The notes beneath the pieces are model-generated. The model was not told where the DNA came from. It saw only the letters and a list, made by a program, of their open reading frames with translations, and ran no database searches. From Eledone cirrhosa (taxonomy: Eukaryota), in the NCBI GenBank assembly GCA_964016885.1, contig OZ024765.1, positions 15,562,001-15,626,000 of the forward strand: a stretch of DNA of 64,000 nt. Direction: 5' to 3'. Each line of letters starts with the position of its first letter. Positions within the stretch are counted from its first letter, which is position 1. The position numbers and the translations under genes were made by a program. Positions 29,901 through 42,839 of this stretch are shown in pieces.

Positions 29901-30138
29901 CTAAGGCGGGTAAAATTCTCGAGATCGGGGGTCGAGTTCTCTCCAGCGGTCTCTGTCCCTCATTATCGCTGCCATGTCCTGCGTCTCCAACAGACCAGTG
30001 TCTGTCCTTAGGGCATCAACATACGTTAACCTTGGTCTTCCTCTTCTAGTGTGTCCATGTAGGGGCTCCCAACGGAGCACTGAGTACAATGTCAACTCTG
30101 GATGTTGGTGAGCATGTCCAGCTTACATCAGTCTCCTA
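29901..30138 (-). mobile_element. RTE/RTEX-like LINE 3' fragment
   Basis: VLRWEPLHGHTRRGRPRLTYVDALRTDTGL...MRDRDRW followed by a (TAGA)n tail. Same family as 32199-32490. Confidence 0.8.
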
Positions 30139-30152
30139 TTTCATACTTGACC

Positions 30153-30180
<28 letters not shown>

Positions 30181-30185
<5 letters not shown>

Positions 30186-30373
30186 AGTAAGTAAGACCCC
30201 GACGGCTGAGCTCAAGCCGTTTCGACGGCTAATTCTGTACAGAATTAGCCGTCGAAACGGCTTGAGCTCAGCCGTCGGGGTCTTACTTACTCCTATTACC
30301 CACTCTACTACCCTAAGTATTGAGTACTTTGGTGCGTTATGGTCCACCTGGTTCCTTACCATTTTTCAATCGC
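30181..30373 (+). mobile_element. Family A element with a perfect 116 bp palindrome
   Basis: 30181-30238 is the exact reverse complement of 30239-30296 (centre CTGT|ACAG). The tail runs on to (TA)n. Confidence 0.92.
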
Positions 30374-30472
30374 TATATATATATATATATATATATATAT
30401 TGGGTCAAGTATGAAATTTGTGAACATTTGTATACTTTTTAGAAATTTCTACAAATGTCATACTTGACGACT

Positions 30473-30514
<42 letters not shown>

Positions 30515-30516
<2 letters not shown>

Positions 30517-30677
30517 CGATGGAACCAGGTGGACGATAACGCATCAGAGTACTCAATACTTAGGGTAGGAGAGTGGGTAATATGATAATGTCCAAGACTG
30601 AGGAGCTCAAGCCGTTTCGACGGCTATTTCTGGACTCAAAGTCCAGAATTCTGCCGTCGGGGTCTTGAACATTTTCA
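30515..30677 (-). mobile_element. Family A copy, degenerate
   Basis: Tail plus partly deleted arms, centre TTCTGGACT-CAA-AGTCCAGAA. Confidence 0.75.
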
Positions 30678-30710
30678 TATATATATACAGTATATATATA
30701 TATATATATA

Positions 30711-30891
30711 TAAAATAAAGTTAAATAAAAAGTCAAATGTTTAAAACTTAGCTTCGTTTATTTTAAACATTTGACTTTTTATTTAACTTTATTTTACATT
30801 ACTCCGGAGTAACCAAACCAACCTGCGCACTTCGTCGAGTGCTCCAGCCTGCATACTGTGGTGTTGGTATACAACCAACATATACTCAAAA
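30711..30891 (+). mobile_element. Fold-back element (36 bp perfect arms, 14 nt loop) plus tail
   Basis: Arms at 30711-30746 and 30761-30796. The tail holds ATTACTCCGG and GTCGAGTGCT. Confidence 0.75.
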
Positions 30892-30960
<69 letters not shown>

Positions 30961-31412
30961 CCAATGTAATTATCTGGCTCATAAACGAATTGTAAAACTA
31001 AAACCTCTATCATCCTCATCTATTGTACTCGTAAAAGCTGAACAACTTGCTAGACCAATAATATTAAACCTGGAGGCCACCTTAAATTTAATTCTTTGTT
31101 TTGACTGTTACTTAACGACCTACTGGAAAATTATTGCTTCAAAGTGAACAAGAGGGTTTGAGACTCGTCGAAAGTTCTTTGAGACAGATACACACATAAT
31201 TAGATTTATATATATATATATGTCTTTATGTGTATGTGTATATATATGTAGTAATGATAATAAAAGCGCAGACTAAAATCCAAAGAGCGCTCGATAAGGA
31301 TAAATAGATATCAAATATATAAGAAACCTAGAGCAAATATTTATTAAAATAACTTTACCCCTTAACTGTGAAAGCAACGATTCTTTGCTTAAACTTTAAT
31401 ATTATTTTAATA

Positions 31413-31670
31413 TCATCATCATCATCATCATCAACGTTTAACGTCCGTGTTCCACGCTTGCATGGGTTTGGACGGGGGTAGTCCCACGTGAGGCAAGAGT
31501 GATTGTCTTGCTCGCATAGGACTGTCTGGCAGGTTTTCTACAGTTGGATGCCCTTCCTAACACCAACCACATTTACAGTGTGGGGCTGGGAGGTTTTTAC
31601 CGTGTTGCCTACACGGCCACATTACAGCGTGGACTGTGTGTTTTTTTTGTCGTGACACCTACACGATCTC
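31413..31670 (-). mobile_element. SINE 3' part with a Meta-domain-like segment and (GAT)n tail
   Basis: The minus strand reads GTTGGTGTTAGGAAGGGCATCCAACTGTAGAAAACC ... CCATGCAAGCGTGGAACACGGACGTTAAAC-(GAT)n. Confidence 0.6.
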
Positions 31671-31702
31671 ATTTGTTTCAATATATATATATATATATAT
31701 AT

Positions 31703-31818
31703 ATAGGAAAAGAGTCAGGACCCGACCGCTGAGCTCTGGCCGTTTCGACTCAGAGATCCGAACTGAGTTCGGATCTAGCTGTTGAAACGGCCGGAGCTCA
31801 CCCCTCGGGATCCTGATT

Positions 31819-31823
<5 letters not shown>
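31703..31823. mobile_element. Family A relative, tail-less symmetric hairpin in (TA)n
   Basis: GGCCGTTTCGAC...AGATCCGAACT-G-AGTTCGGATCT...GTTGAAACGGCC, with both arms ending at TA. Confidence 0.75.
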
Positions 31824-31865
<42 letters not shown>

Positions 31866-32198
31866 GATACGAAACGAAAGAAGCTGTGTGGTTACTAAAA
31901 ACAAGGATTAGGATGGTGGTTAGGACGGAACAAGAGGAGAAAAGAAGAAAGAATCCTTAGTCAGCTGTAAAAAATCCACGATTAAGATGTTTCGGTACTG
32001 AATTACAGGACATATGTAGTGATCGGGAGCGCCCGAGGCCTTTTATTGATCAAAAGGCCAGGAGGAAAAAAGAGAGAAAGGAGAGAAAAAACGAAGGAAA
32101 AAGAGGGAAAAGAGGAAGAAAGAGAGAAGGGAAAAAAGGGAGAAAGTACGGAGAAAGAAAAAAACAGGAGAAAAAATATATATATAGCTATATATATT

Positions 32199-32490
32199 CT
32201 AGGGCGGGTAAAATTCCCGAGATCCGTGGACGAGTTCTCTCCAGCGGTCTCTGTCCCTCATTATCGCTGCCATGTCCTGCGTCTCCAACAGACCAGTGTC
32301 TGTCCTTAGGTCATCAACATACGTTAACCTTGGTCTTCCTCTTCCAGTCTGTCCATGTAGGGACTCCCACAGGAGCACTGAGTGCAATGTCAACTCTGGC
32401 TGTCGGTGACCATGTCCAGCTAACCTCAGTCTCCTCTGTGTCACTTTTGAGCTGACTTTTAGGAGGCTCCTGTACAGCTCTGAGGTTTTC
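32199..32490 (-). mobile_element. RTE/RTEX-like LINE 3' fragment
   Basis: ELYRSLLKVSSKVTQRRLRLAGHGHRQPELTLHSVLLWE...GRGRPRLTYVDDLRTDTGL. Confidence 0.82.
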
Positions 32491-32794
32491 ATCCCCAGTG
32501 TATACTGATTAATTATTTCGACTTTTGGCAAAAGGCCAGCAAATTAACCAGTATATTACTGGTACTTTATTTTATCGACCCCGTATATATATAGTATTAA
32601 GGATACTATTTATGGTTATGTATATACTAAAACTATTTATAGTTATATATATTTTAAACCCTAAACAGTGAAAGACAGTAATTTATTACTACCTTATTAC
32701 CAGTAAGATAAATAGCTCAATGTAAGAACATCAGTTGTTCTACAGAGCAGTTATATAGAAATCACATGAATCAAAGTTATGTTCAAACCATTTA

Positions 32795-32845
32795 TTAGCT
32801 TACAATTGTTTCATCCAAACCGACGTTTGGGGTCTTCGGAGAATT
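32795..32845 (-). ncRNA. Hammerhead motif (CCGAAGA core variant), same family as 46813
   Basis: The minus strand reads CCGAAGA-CC-CCAAAC-GTCG-GTTTGG-AT-GAAAC-AATT-GTA-AG, with stem I partly degraded. Its downstream tail (about 32665-32725) matches 14322-14385. Confidence 0.6.
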
Positions 32846-33229
32846 TTTCAATGTTTGTATACATACGTGACCTCCTTTCCAACGCAAGAGACATACTTTT
32901 TGCTTTGATTCTGTTTTAATATGATTTTAATTTTTGAATTTAAATTACCATTCAGAAATAATATAATATATGTCACCCCACTGTGCATCAATATATACTT
33001 ATGTATCTGTATGTCTCTTGCGTTGGAAAGGCAGAATTCTAGGAGAAGGAAAACTGTGATATAACACCTGCAACCCTGATGGTATCCAATGATGTTTACT
33101 TGTTCTTCTTTTTGGTAAATATCATCTTGGTTAAGAGAGTGGGACTGGCTTTGTGCAGTGCCTTTGCTCACTATAAGAGCTTCACGGCACAGGCATTGCT
33201 TTATTTCTTGAGATCTCTCTGCACTTGTC

Positions 33230-33410
33230 GTCACATGGTACCATGGGCCCAGCACTATGTGTCAATAATTGTCACAGGTGTAGTGTCTGTACCAGAGATT
33301 TCAAGTCGCTGGCTGGACTAAAAAGTCACACTCGTTCAGCGCATCGGTAGGGGTTCTCCTACATGGATATAAAGTAGTGGCCGTACTCGAAAACGAGTTG
33401 GCAGCCACCA
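33230..33410 (+). mobile_element. RTE-type LINE extreme 3' end with a C2H2-like finger
   Basis: HRCSVCTRDFKSLAGLKSHTRSAHR-stop, then a short 3' UTR with the hairpin ACTCGAAAACGAGT, then TA. Confidence 0.65.
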
Positions 33411-33429
33411 TATATATATATATATATAT

Positions 33430-33670
33430 AAAATTTAGTACAGCATCATCGAAGCTTTGGTTGCAGCCAAGCTAACGAATGCAATCTCGGTGTGCAGCCA
33501 AGCACTGAATAGGGTATATTACCCTAGAGTTTAGGGTAATATACATTACGTTTAGAGACAGCTTTGCAAATTGAAGACAGCGACCGATAGACGGGCTGCA
33601 GAGACTATAGCCACGAAAAAAACCGAACTCAGGATAAAAATATGACTACCCTGGACCATCCCGTCGACAT
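33430..33670 (-). mobile_element. TA-anchored repeat family ending ATGCTGTACTAAA(A)TT (other copies 45088-45302 +, 63061-63198 +)
   Basis: Three copies share TTTGC.AAGCTGT and the terminal ATGCTGTACTAAA(A)TT abutting (TA)n. Confidence 0.7.
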
Positions 33671-34208
33671 CATACACAACGCATGATATATACCATATAA
33701 TATACATCACATATAATATATAATATCTCCGCTAGGTTTCTGTAAATCCGAAATCGAGAAAATCCACTTGTAGGGGTCTGCAAGTTAATGGTTTTTGTAA
33801 GATAGAACAAGGAATTTACTTCATCAACAAGTTTTTCGTTCTCGTCCGCCCGGGTGTGAATGCTAGCAGTAAGCACTTCAAGAAGGCACATGGTTTTCCG
33901 GAAGGGAGGTAAGCCCCGGTTTTGGCGGTCAATTCAAATTTGGAACAAAGGAATAAAATTCCTTTACACAAACCGAATTAAGCACTCAACTAGAAGTTAT
34001 AAAACAAACATAAACAATTAATCAATCAATAGAAATGTTTCCTGTTTGCTGAACATTATGAATGTTGGATTCTTATATAATTCCGGTCATAATCAGGAAC
34101 TGTTTATACGGAGCAGTTGCCGGTCCAGCAAAAATTGAAGATTAGAATTGGTGTGTGTGTGTGTGATTGTCTGAGTGTGAGGATATATATATTTATATAT
34201 ATATATAT

Positions 34209-34399
34209 ATAGGAACGAGTAGGACCCCGACGGCTGAGCTCAAGCCTTTTCGACGGCTAATTCTGGACAGAATTAGCCGTCGAAACGGCTTGAGCTCAGC
34301 CGTCGGGGTCCTTCTCGTTCCTATTACCCACTCTACTACCCTAAGTATTGAGTACTTTGGTGCGTTATGGGCCACCTGGTTCCTTACCACATTTCCTTC

Positions 34400-34403
<4 letters not shown>
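34209..34403 (+). mobile_element. Family A fold-back element
   Basis: Arms span 34209-34324 with centre TTCTGGACAGAA, then the tail runs to (TA)n. Confidence 0.9.
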
Positions 34404-34488
<85 letters not shown>

Positions 34489-34786
34489 AAGTAGAAGTTC
34501 TATTTAAATTATAGTTTCCATTTGTTAATATATCGTATATATATGTAGGTATGTGGGTGTATATGTATATAAAGAAAAATGCGCATTTGTGTATGTGTAT
34601 TTGCGAGATATGTGGAGGTATGTGTTTATATGAGTGTGTCTGTGTGTTTGTGTGTGTGTATACGTTTGACTATGTGTGAGACGGTGTGAATGTGTATATG
34701 TATGTGTGGTTGTGTGTGTGTGACTGTGTGTATATATGTATGTATATGTGTGAGTGTGTGTGTATATATGTATGTACGTGTGCGTT

Positions 34787-34818
<32 letters not shown>

Positions 34819-34911
34819 TATATACGTGTGCGTTTGTGTGAGTGTGACTATATATATATATGTATATATGTGTGTGTATATAAGTATGTAAGTGTCTGGA
34901 TGTGTGAGTGT

Positions 34912-34945
<34 letters not shown>

Positions 34946-34979
34946 GTATGTAACTGTGTGGCTCTGTGAATGTGTGTGT

Positions 34980-35047
<68 letters not shown>

Positions 35048-35301
35048 ATGTATATGTATGTAAGTGTGTGCCTGTGTGGATATGTGTGTGTGTGTGTCTG
35101 CCTATTCAGTTAATTGTAATTAGTGTTTGTTATATAAAACAAGTCGGACTAGGTGTTACAAGATAACCGTTCATTGGAAATATAACACGACAGAGGCAGC
35201 TGTGAACAGCTTTGCTGAATATCACCGTGATATACACACACCGTGTGGTTAGGTAAATACACACATCAACACATTTAACAATACACACACACACGCACAC
35301 A

Positions 35302-35381
<80 letters not shown>

Positions 35382-35630
35382 CAATATATTAACAAATGGA
35401 AACTATATTTATAAAACCATATTTATTTCATTATATATATTTCAAGGGCCACCAGAGCAAACTATGGTGCGATTTGATCAGATAAAATATAATGTCGGTG
35501 AGTTTTATAAATAAATATTGACATACCCTTAAAAAATGCATCCATTCTGGTTGGAATCTGCCGTTGAGTGCTTTATATCAGTTATAAAAATATGTTGCTT
35601 GTTGTATCCTAACAAATTAAATATAACCTC

Positions 35631-35730
<100 letters not shown>

Positions 35731-35742
35731 TATATAATTGAA

Positions 35743-35775
<33 letters not shown>

Positions 35776-35790
35776 TCATATATAATTGAA

Positions 35791-35907
<117 letters not shown>

Positions 35908-36005
35908 GAATGTGTATATATGCATTTGTATGAATATATATGTTCATATATGTATATGTATGTATATATGTATATATGTATATATGTATATATATATATA
36001 TATAT

Positions 36006-36196
36006 AACGAAGGAAATGTGGTAAGGAACCAGGTGGACCATAACGCACCAAAGTACACAATACTTGAGGTAGTAGAGTGGGTAATAGGAACCAGTAAGAC
36101 CCCGACAGTTGAGCTCAAGCCGTTTCGGCGGCTAATTCAGTCCAGAATTAGCCGTCGAAACGGCTTGAGCTCAGCTGTCGTTGTCTTACTGGTTCC

Positions 36197-36198
<2 letters not shown>
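36006..36198 (-). mobile_element. Family A fold-back element
   Basis: Tail followed by a hairpin with centre AATTCAGTCCAGAATT. Confidence 0.9.
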
Positions 36199-36275
<77 letters not shown>

Positions 36276-36489
36276 ATGTGTATCTGTTTGTGTGTGTGTG
36301 TGTATGTGTATCTGTTTGTGTCTGTGTGTGAGTATCTCTTATTTATGTCTTTATGTGTCTGTGAGAAATGTTGAAACCTTTGCCCATGAAAATAGTTCCT
36401 CGTACAAAGATTTTGAATTTCTTCACATACATATATGTGTGTATTACTACGCGTTAGTCTCTAGCTGTTGATGGTGTGGTGCGTCGATG

Positions 36490-37388
36490 ACTGTGGTGAT
36501 GGCGGTGGTAGTGGTTGTGGTAGTTGTGGTAGTAGTGATAGTAGTAGTGGTAGTAGTGGTAGTAATGGTAGTTGTGGTAGTGGTTGTGGTTGTGGTAGTG
36601 GTAGTAGTGGTAGAAGTGGTAGTTGTGGTAGTTGTGGTAGTGGTGGTGGTGGTAGTGGTTGTGGTAGTAGTGGTAGTAGTAGTGGTAGTTGTGGTAGTGG
36701 TTGTGGTTGTGGTAGTGGTAGTTGTGGTAGTGGTGTAGCTACTAGCCGTAGTAATGGTAGTGGATATTGTGGTAGTGGTTGTGGTTGTGTCAATGGTAAT
36801 ATGGTGGTTATATTAGTTTGTGGTGTTAGTGTTGGCGGTTGTGGTAGTGGTAGTGGTGGTAGTGGTAGTAGTGGTAGTTGTGTTAGTGGTTGTGGTTGTG
36901 GTAGTGGTAGTTGTGGTAGTGGTTGTGGTTGTGTCAATGGTAATATGGTGGTTATATTAGTTTGTGGTGTTAGTGTTGGCGGTTGTGGTAGTGGTAGTGG
37001 TGGTAGTGGTAGTAGTGGTAGTTGTGTTAGTGGTTGTGGTTGTGGTAGTGGTAGTTGTGGTAGTGGTTGTGGTTGTGTCAATGGTAATATGGTGGTTATA
37101 TTAGTTTGTGGTGTTAGTGTTGGCGGTTGTGGTAGTGGTAGTGGTGGTAGTGGTAGTAGTGGTAGTTGTGTTAGTGGTAGTGGTGTTAGTGGTAGTTGTG
37201 GTAGTAGTAGTGGCAGTGGTAGAGATAGTAGTGAATGGGGTAGAGGTAGTAGTGGTAGTTGTATTAGTGGTAGTGGTGTTAGTGGTAGTTGTGGTAGTAG
37301 TAGTGGTAGTGGTAGAGATAGTAGTGGATGGGGTAGAGGTAGTAGTGGTAGTTGTATTAGTGGTAGTGGTAGTGGTTATTATTGTAGT
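36490..37388. repeat. (GGTAGT/GGTTGT) repeat with three 147 bp higher-order units
   Basis: GTCAATGGTAATATGGTGGTTATATTAG recurs at about 36789, 36933 and 37077. Confidence 0.85.
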
Positions 37389-37491
37389 TGACTGAATGTT
37401 GCGTGTCTTGTAATGGCTGCATGAAATTATTAGTTTGCACATTATTAAAGAATTTTGAAAAATGTATATTAATGCTAACTGTATGTGTGTA

Positions 37492-37584
<93 letters not shown>

Positions 37585-37690
37585 ATATGTATATCTATAT
37601 ACATATATAATATATATATGTTTATATATATACATACATATATTTATATGTATATATAAATAAATAAATATATATATATACATATATATG

Positions 37691-37805
<115 letters not shown>

Positions 37806-37914
37806 ACACATATATAGAGAGATATAGATAGCTAGATAGATGTACATATGTATGTATAAATATTTTTGTAATTATTTATTTGTATAATATACAATAATAT
37901 TTATTTGTATGGAA

Positions 37915-37965
<51 letters not shown>

Positions 37966-38123
37966 AGTATATTATCCTGTTCACTAATCTAACGGGCTGC
38001 TATGTAAGACCGCGTGTCTGTTCTCTGCAGGATATTTTATTGTTTTTATGCAGGTGTATATTTATTTCATACATACAATTATATCCATACACACTCAAAC
38101 ACACACTCACACACACACATTCT

Positions 38124-38193
<70 letters not shown>

Positions 38194-38524
38194 CGTAAAG
38201 GTAGTTGCGTTTTAATCAATCGGTTATTATATTTCTGGTTGTGGGTGATGATCAGCAAATAGATATGTAATCAGGATGAAGCACTCGACGTTTTCAGAGC
38301 CATATTTAATGGGGGGTGGGGTGGGGGGCATGAGGTAAAATGTCCCGGCCTTCCTGCAGTGGGGAGCCCCTCCAACGACAGTCGTAGGAATTTATAGCAC
38401 AGGAACGAAGTTGGCTAAAAGGCAAATTTGAGAATGGTGGCATTTACCTTTGAATGTAAATAGCCATAAGTATATATACTTTAACACCCCAGCTAATTTT
38501 CCAAACACTGTGCTCAAATATAAT

Positions 38525-38995
38525 GAATCAGCGACCGTATCTGTATCAGTGAGCAGCTCAACATTACCAAACTCAGACCAATTACATTAATTGTCAAATC
38601 AAGAGTACTCAAACTATACGGTTATATAAAAATATCAACCCCTAGTGTGAGTAGGTTTAGCCTGGAAGGAAGTTTGGCTTGCAAGAAAAGCAGAGGCCGG
38701 CAGACAAAACGATGGTTTGATAATGTCAACTAATGGACTGGACTTGATCTTTGCTCTTTAAACTCTGCTGTTGGTGAGCGAAAGTTATTGTATATTCCTG
38801 GAAGGAAGGTTGGCTGGTAAGAGAAGCAGAAGCCAGCAGCCAAATCAATGGCTTGATAATGTCAACCTATGGACAGGACTTGATCTTTGCTCTTTAAACT
38901 CTCTTGCTGGTGATCGAACTTTGTGTAGAAAAAAATCTCATTTTGATGTGATGCCCAGTCTGCAACTGGCAGAGTTTAGCGTCAAAGAAGAAAGG
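38525..38995 (+). mobile_element. RTE LINE 3' fragment with two 136 bp tandem units
   Basis: LRPITLIVKSRVLKLYGYIK...LEG...KKSRGRQTKRWFDNV. CCTGGAAGGAAG occurs at 38661 and 38797. Same family as 55015-55815. Confidence 0.8.
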
Positions 38996-39988
38996 AAAAT
39001 ACACGGTCATCAAATTGGTTCAAGGAACCTCTGTTTCCATTGGTCTTTACATTAATGATAATATCTGCCAATCGTAACCAGGGCCGGATTTCATGGGGCT
39101 CGATGCAGTGGGGCCGCCTCACCAGCGACAGCCGTAGTAATATATTTGTGCCTTTAGCTGGGCTTTTTAATTTTCACATGGTTATAATTTTTGAATTTAA
39201 TACCTGTATGTATAACTCTTTAGTTCCAATTATTTGCACTAAACTAATTTTGATATGAAAAATTGGAGGGCCTGCTGTGCATTTTAATTTTTGTGTATGA
39301 GGCTGCTACCAAATCTGGAGAACACCCAACCCCCGAAAGTTTAAATGGAATCATTGTCGCAACTCCTTGCTGAAAAAAACTCAAAGGTTTTTTTCCTATA
39401 ATATAGGCGGAAATTGAACTCAGAACTTACAGTGCTATATTAAATATTCCACCTGACACTTTAACATGTCTACAAATTCAACGCCAATGGGACAGTACTT
39501 TATTCATCGACCCCGAAATAATATATAAATCAAACTTGGCCTTGAGTGTATATGAACTCACTGCTAATGTAACCCTGCTCTCCATTAATCCATTGCGCTT
39601 CCTACTCCGCGTATACACAATATTTTCATTATTATTATTTTATTATTATACATCTGAGTTCAAATCCCGCCGAGGTGGACTTTGCCTTTCATCCTTACGG
39701 GGTCGATAAAATAAAGTACCAGTAATGCACTGGGATAAAGCCTGGCCTTGTGCCTAAAGTATAAACAATTATTTTATTATTATACACACGCACATATGTA
39801 TATCATGATTCATACACTGTTCACTTTCCTGACATATCTACTTTATTCTATGTACTATACATGCACATTTGATGAGTAGTAGTGCACCTGAGCACTGTAT
39901 AAAATAAATTATCATTATCATCATTTTTATATAAAGGAAAAAAAAACATCGTTAGCAACAGAAAAAAAATATATATAGTTCTTTTGTA

Positions 39989-40273
39989 GTGAAGGCGTGT
40001 GGCTGAGTGGTTAGAGAACTGGATTCGCAATCGTGAGGTTGTGAGTTCGATTCCTGGACCAGGCGATGCATTATGTCCTTGAGCAAGACACTTTATTTCA
40101 CGTTGTTCCTACTACCTGGAGTGGCGACTGATAGATAGTACCTAGCAACTGGAAAGACCAGTTATTTCACGCTGTTCCTTCTACCAGGAATTGCGACCGA
40201 TAGATAGTATCAGCAACTGGAAAGAGCAACGGAAACATTGTTTCCTCGGTCCGATTTGACGAAAGTCGATCGA

Positions 40274-40275
<2 letters not shown>
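39989..40275 (+). mobile_element. Full-length CORE-like tRNA SINE with an internal duplication
   Basis: A box TGGCTGAGTGG, B box GTTCGATTCC, TGTCCTTGAGCAAGACACTTTATTTCAC. The segment of about 40093-40159 is duplicated. Confidence 0.85.
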
Positions 40276-40307
<32 letters not shown>

Positions 40308-40379
40308 TGTATTGGTCTTGGAAGGTTTTTTGAGATGAAATTTTGTGTTGAAACAGATATTGTTATATTTGGGGAAGGT

Positions 40380-41540
40380 CAGTGTGTGTTTGTGTGAAGA
40401 TATGTATGTGTGTTTGTGTGAATGTATGTGTATGTGTGTGTTTGTGTGAATGTATGTGTGTGTTTGTGTGAATGTATGTGTGTGAGTGTGTGTGTGTGAA
40501 TGTATGTGTGTGAGTTTGTGTGAATGTATGTGTGTGTTTGTGTGAATGTATGTGTGTGTTTGTGTGAATGTATGTGTGTGAGTGTGTGTGTGTGTGTGAA
40601 TGTATGTGTGTGAGTTTGTGTGAATGTATGTGTGTGTTTGTGTGAATGTATGTGTGTGAGTGTGTGAATGTATGTATGTGAGTGTGTGTGAATGTAAATG
40701 TCTGTGAGTGTGTGTGAATGTATGTGTGTGTTTGTGTGAATGTATATGTCTATGTTTGTGTGAATCTATGTCTGTGAGTGTGTGTGAATGTATGTGTGTG
40801 TTTGTGTGAATGTATATGTGTGTGTTTGTGTGAATGTATGTATACTGATAATAATAATAATGAAATATTGTGTACAGTGCTCAGGTGCACTACAAATCAT
40901 CAAAAGTGTATGTATAGTACATAGGGTAATGTACAAACGTCAGGAACATGAAACGTGAATGAGTCATGATATACACATGTGTGCATGTGTATGGAAGGGG
41001 TGCATCAGGTGTAGTTTTGGTGTATTTCGGGAAGCATGAGTGTCTTAAAGGATGCAGTGTCTCGGCAGCTAACAACTGACGCAGGCAGTTTGTTCCATGC
41101 TTCAGCAACTTTAAGCGTGAAAATATGTTTCCGAAAGTCATGGGAGCTCTGCTGTTTTCTGATTTTGTAGGCATGTCCACGTGTGTTAGACACATGGAGT
41201 GTGTGTGCGTGTTAATGTATGTGCGTGTTTTTGTGAGAATGTATGTATGTGTGTTTGTGTGAATGTATGTCTGAGTTTGTGTGAATATATGTGTGTGAGT
41301 TTGTGTGAATGTATGTGTGTGTTTGTGTCAATGTATGTCTGTGTATTTGTGTGAATAATATTGTGTTTGTGTGAATGTATGTCTGTGTATTTATGTGAAT
41401 AATAGTGTGTGTTTGTATGAATGTATGTCTGTGTATTTGTGTGAATAATAGTGTGTGTTTGTGTGAATGTATGTGTGTGAGTTTGTTTGAATATATGTGT
41501 GTGTATTTGTGTGAATGTATGCGTGTGTTTGTGTGAATGT
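40380..41540. repeat. (TGTGTGAATGTA)-type minisatellite interrupted by a CR1 fragment
   Basis: The ~20 bp unit lies on both sides of 40847-41197. Confidence 0.85.
40847..41197 (-). mobile_element. CR1-clade LINE 3' end (a second 3' UTR copy at 39781-39925 +)
   Basis: TRGHAYKIRKQQSSHDFRKHIFTLKVAEAWNKLPASVVSC...FK is the TRGH...WN.LP..VV motif. The 3' UTR carries GTAGTGCACCTGAGCACTGTA and a (TTA)n tail. Confidence 0.85.
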
Positions 41541-41939
41541 ATAAGTATTCCTCTGAATGTATATCTGTGAGCTTGTATTTATCTAAGTGTGTTTGTGTTA
41601 TATAATCGTATTCAATGTACTTATATGCATATACACACACGCAAACACACATACACATATAAGTCAGCGTGTTAAAAAAAAAATCCTACTAGAATCTAAA
41701 GAGCTGAGATAGACAAAACACAAACGGTTTAGCAATGTTGCTTATATACATACAGAGAACCGCGTCAACAGATATATAAATATATTAGTTGGCAACCGAA
41801 CTGAAATGGTGAAGGGGTTTCGGACTTGATTCAACCCCTGTGTCTAGATACACCAATATATATATATATATATATATGTATTTATATATATATATATATA
41901 TGTGTGTTTGTGTGTGTGTGTGTGTGTATAACTATATAA

Positions 41940-41987
<48 letters not shown>

Positions 41988-42038
41988 TTATATATATATA
42001 TATATATATATGTTTGTGTGTGTGTGTGTGTGTATAAC

Positions 42039-42133
<95 letters not shown>

Positions 42134-42246
42134 GTATGTATATACATGTGTATGTATATATAAATATATATATATATATATTTATATATGTATATATAGG
42201 TATATATATGTATATATATATATATATATATATGTATATACATATG

Positions 42247-42295
<49 letters not shown>

Positions 42296-42347
42296 GAAAA
42301 AAAATGAAAAACGAAATCCATGATTTTTTAAATATTTCTTTTCTTCG

Positions 42348-42394
<47 letters not shown>

Positions 42395-42441
42395 TGGCTA
42401 CTACCCACTCAAGACCGTAAAATCAATCAGAGAGAGAGAGA

Positions 42442-42572
<131 letters not shown>

Positions 42573-42839
42573 GGGGAAACAACCGTATATCGATTTAAAA
42601 TTAATATTGGGAAATAAATCAGTTTCACTTCTGTGATTACAGTCTGCTGTGTTTGAATATAATTTTTCACCCTCGTTTGTTTGTTTGTTGTTTGTGTGTG
42701 TGTTTGTTTGTTTGTATGTAGTTATGTTTTTAACTGTTTTTTATCATTATCGTTTCTGTTTTTTTATTTTAGTTTTAATAATTTCAATTTTTCTTAACTG
42801 TTTCTGTCTCCACTCTCACTGTAATGAGGTATTGTGTTA

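Noticed and set aside
32874-33031. 23 bp perfect inverted repeat CCTTTCCAACGCAAGAGACATAC
   Set aside because: The repeat is real but I could not assign element boundaries or a family. The overlapping 135 aa ORF shows no recognisable domain.
36468-37391. 307 aa Gly/Ser/Cys-rich ORF resembling a structural protein
   Set aside because: It is built from GGT/AGT/TGT triplet repeats that are open in several frames on both strands, with no signal peptide or splice support. Best explained as a compound repeat.
39989-40065. tRNA gene
   Set aside because: A and B boxes are present but it runs into a SINE body and lacks a complete cloverleaf, so it is a SINE head.
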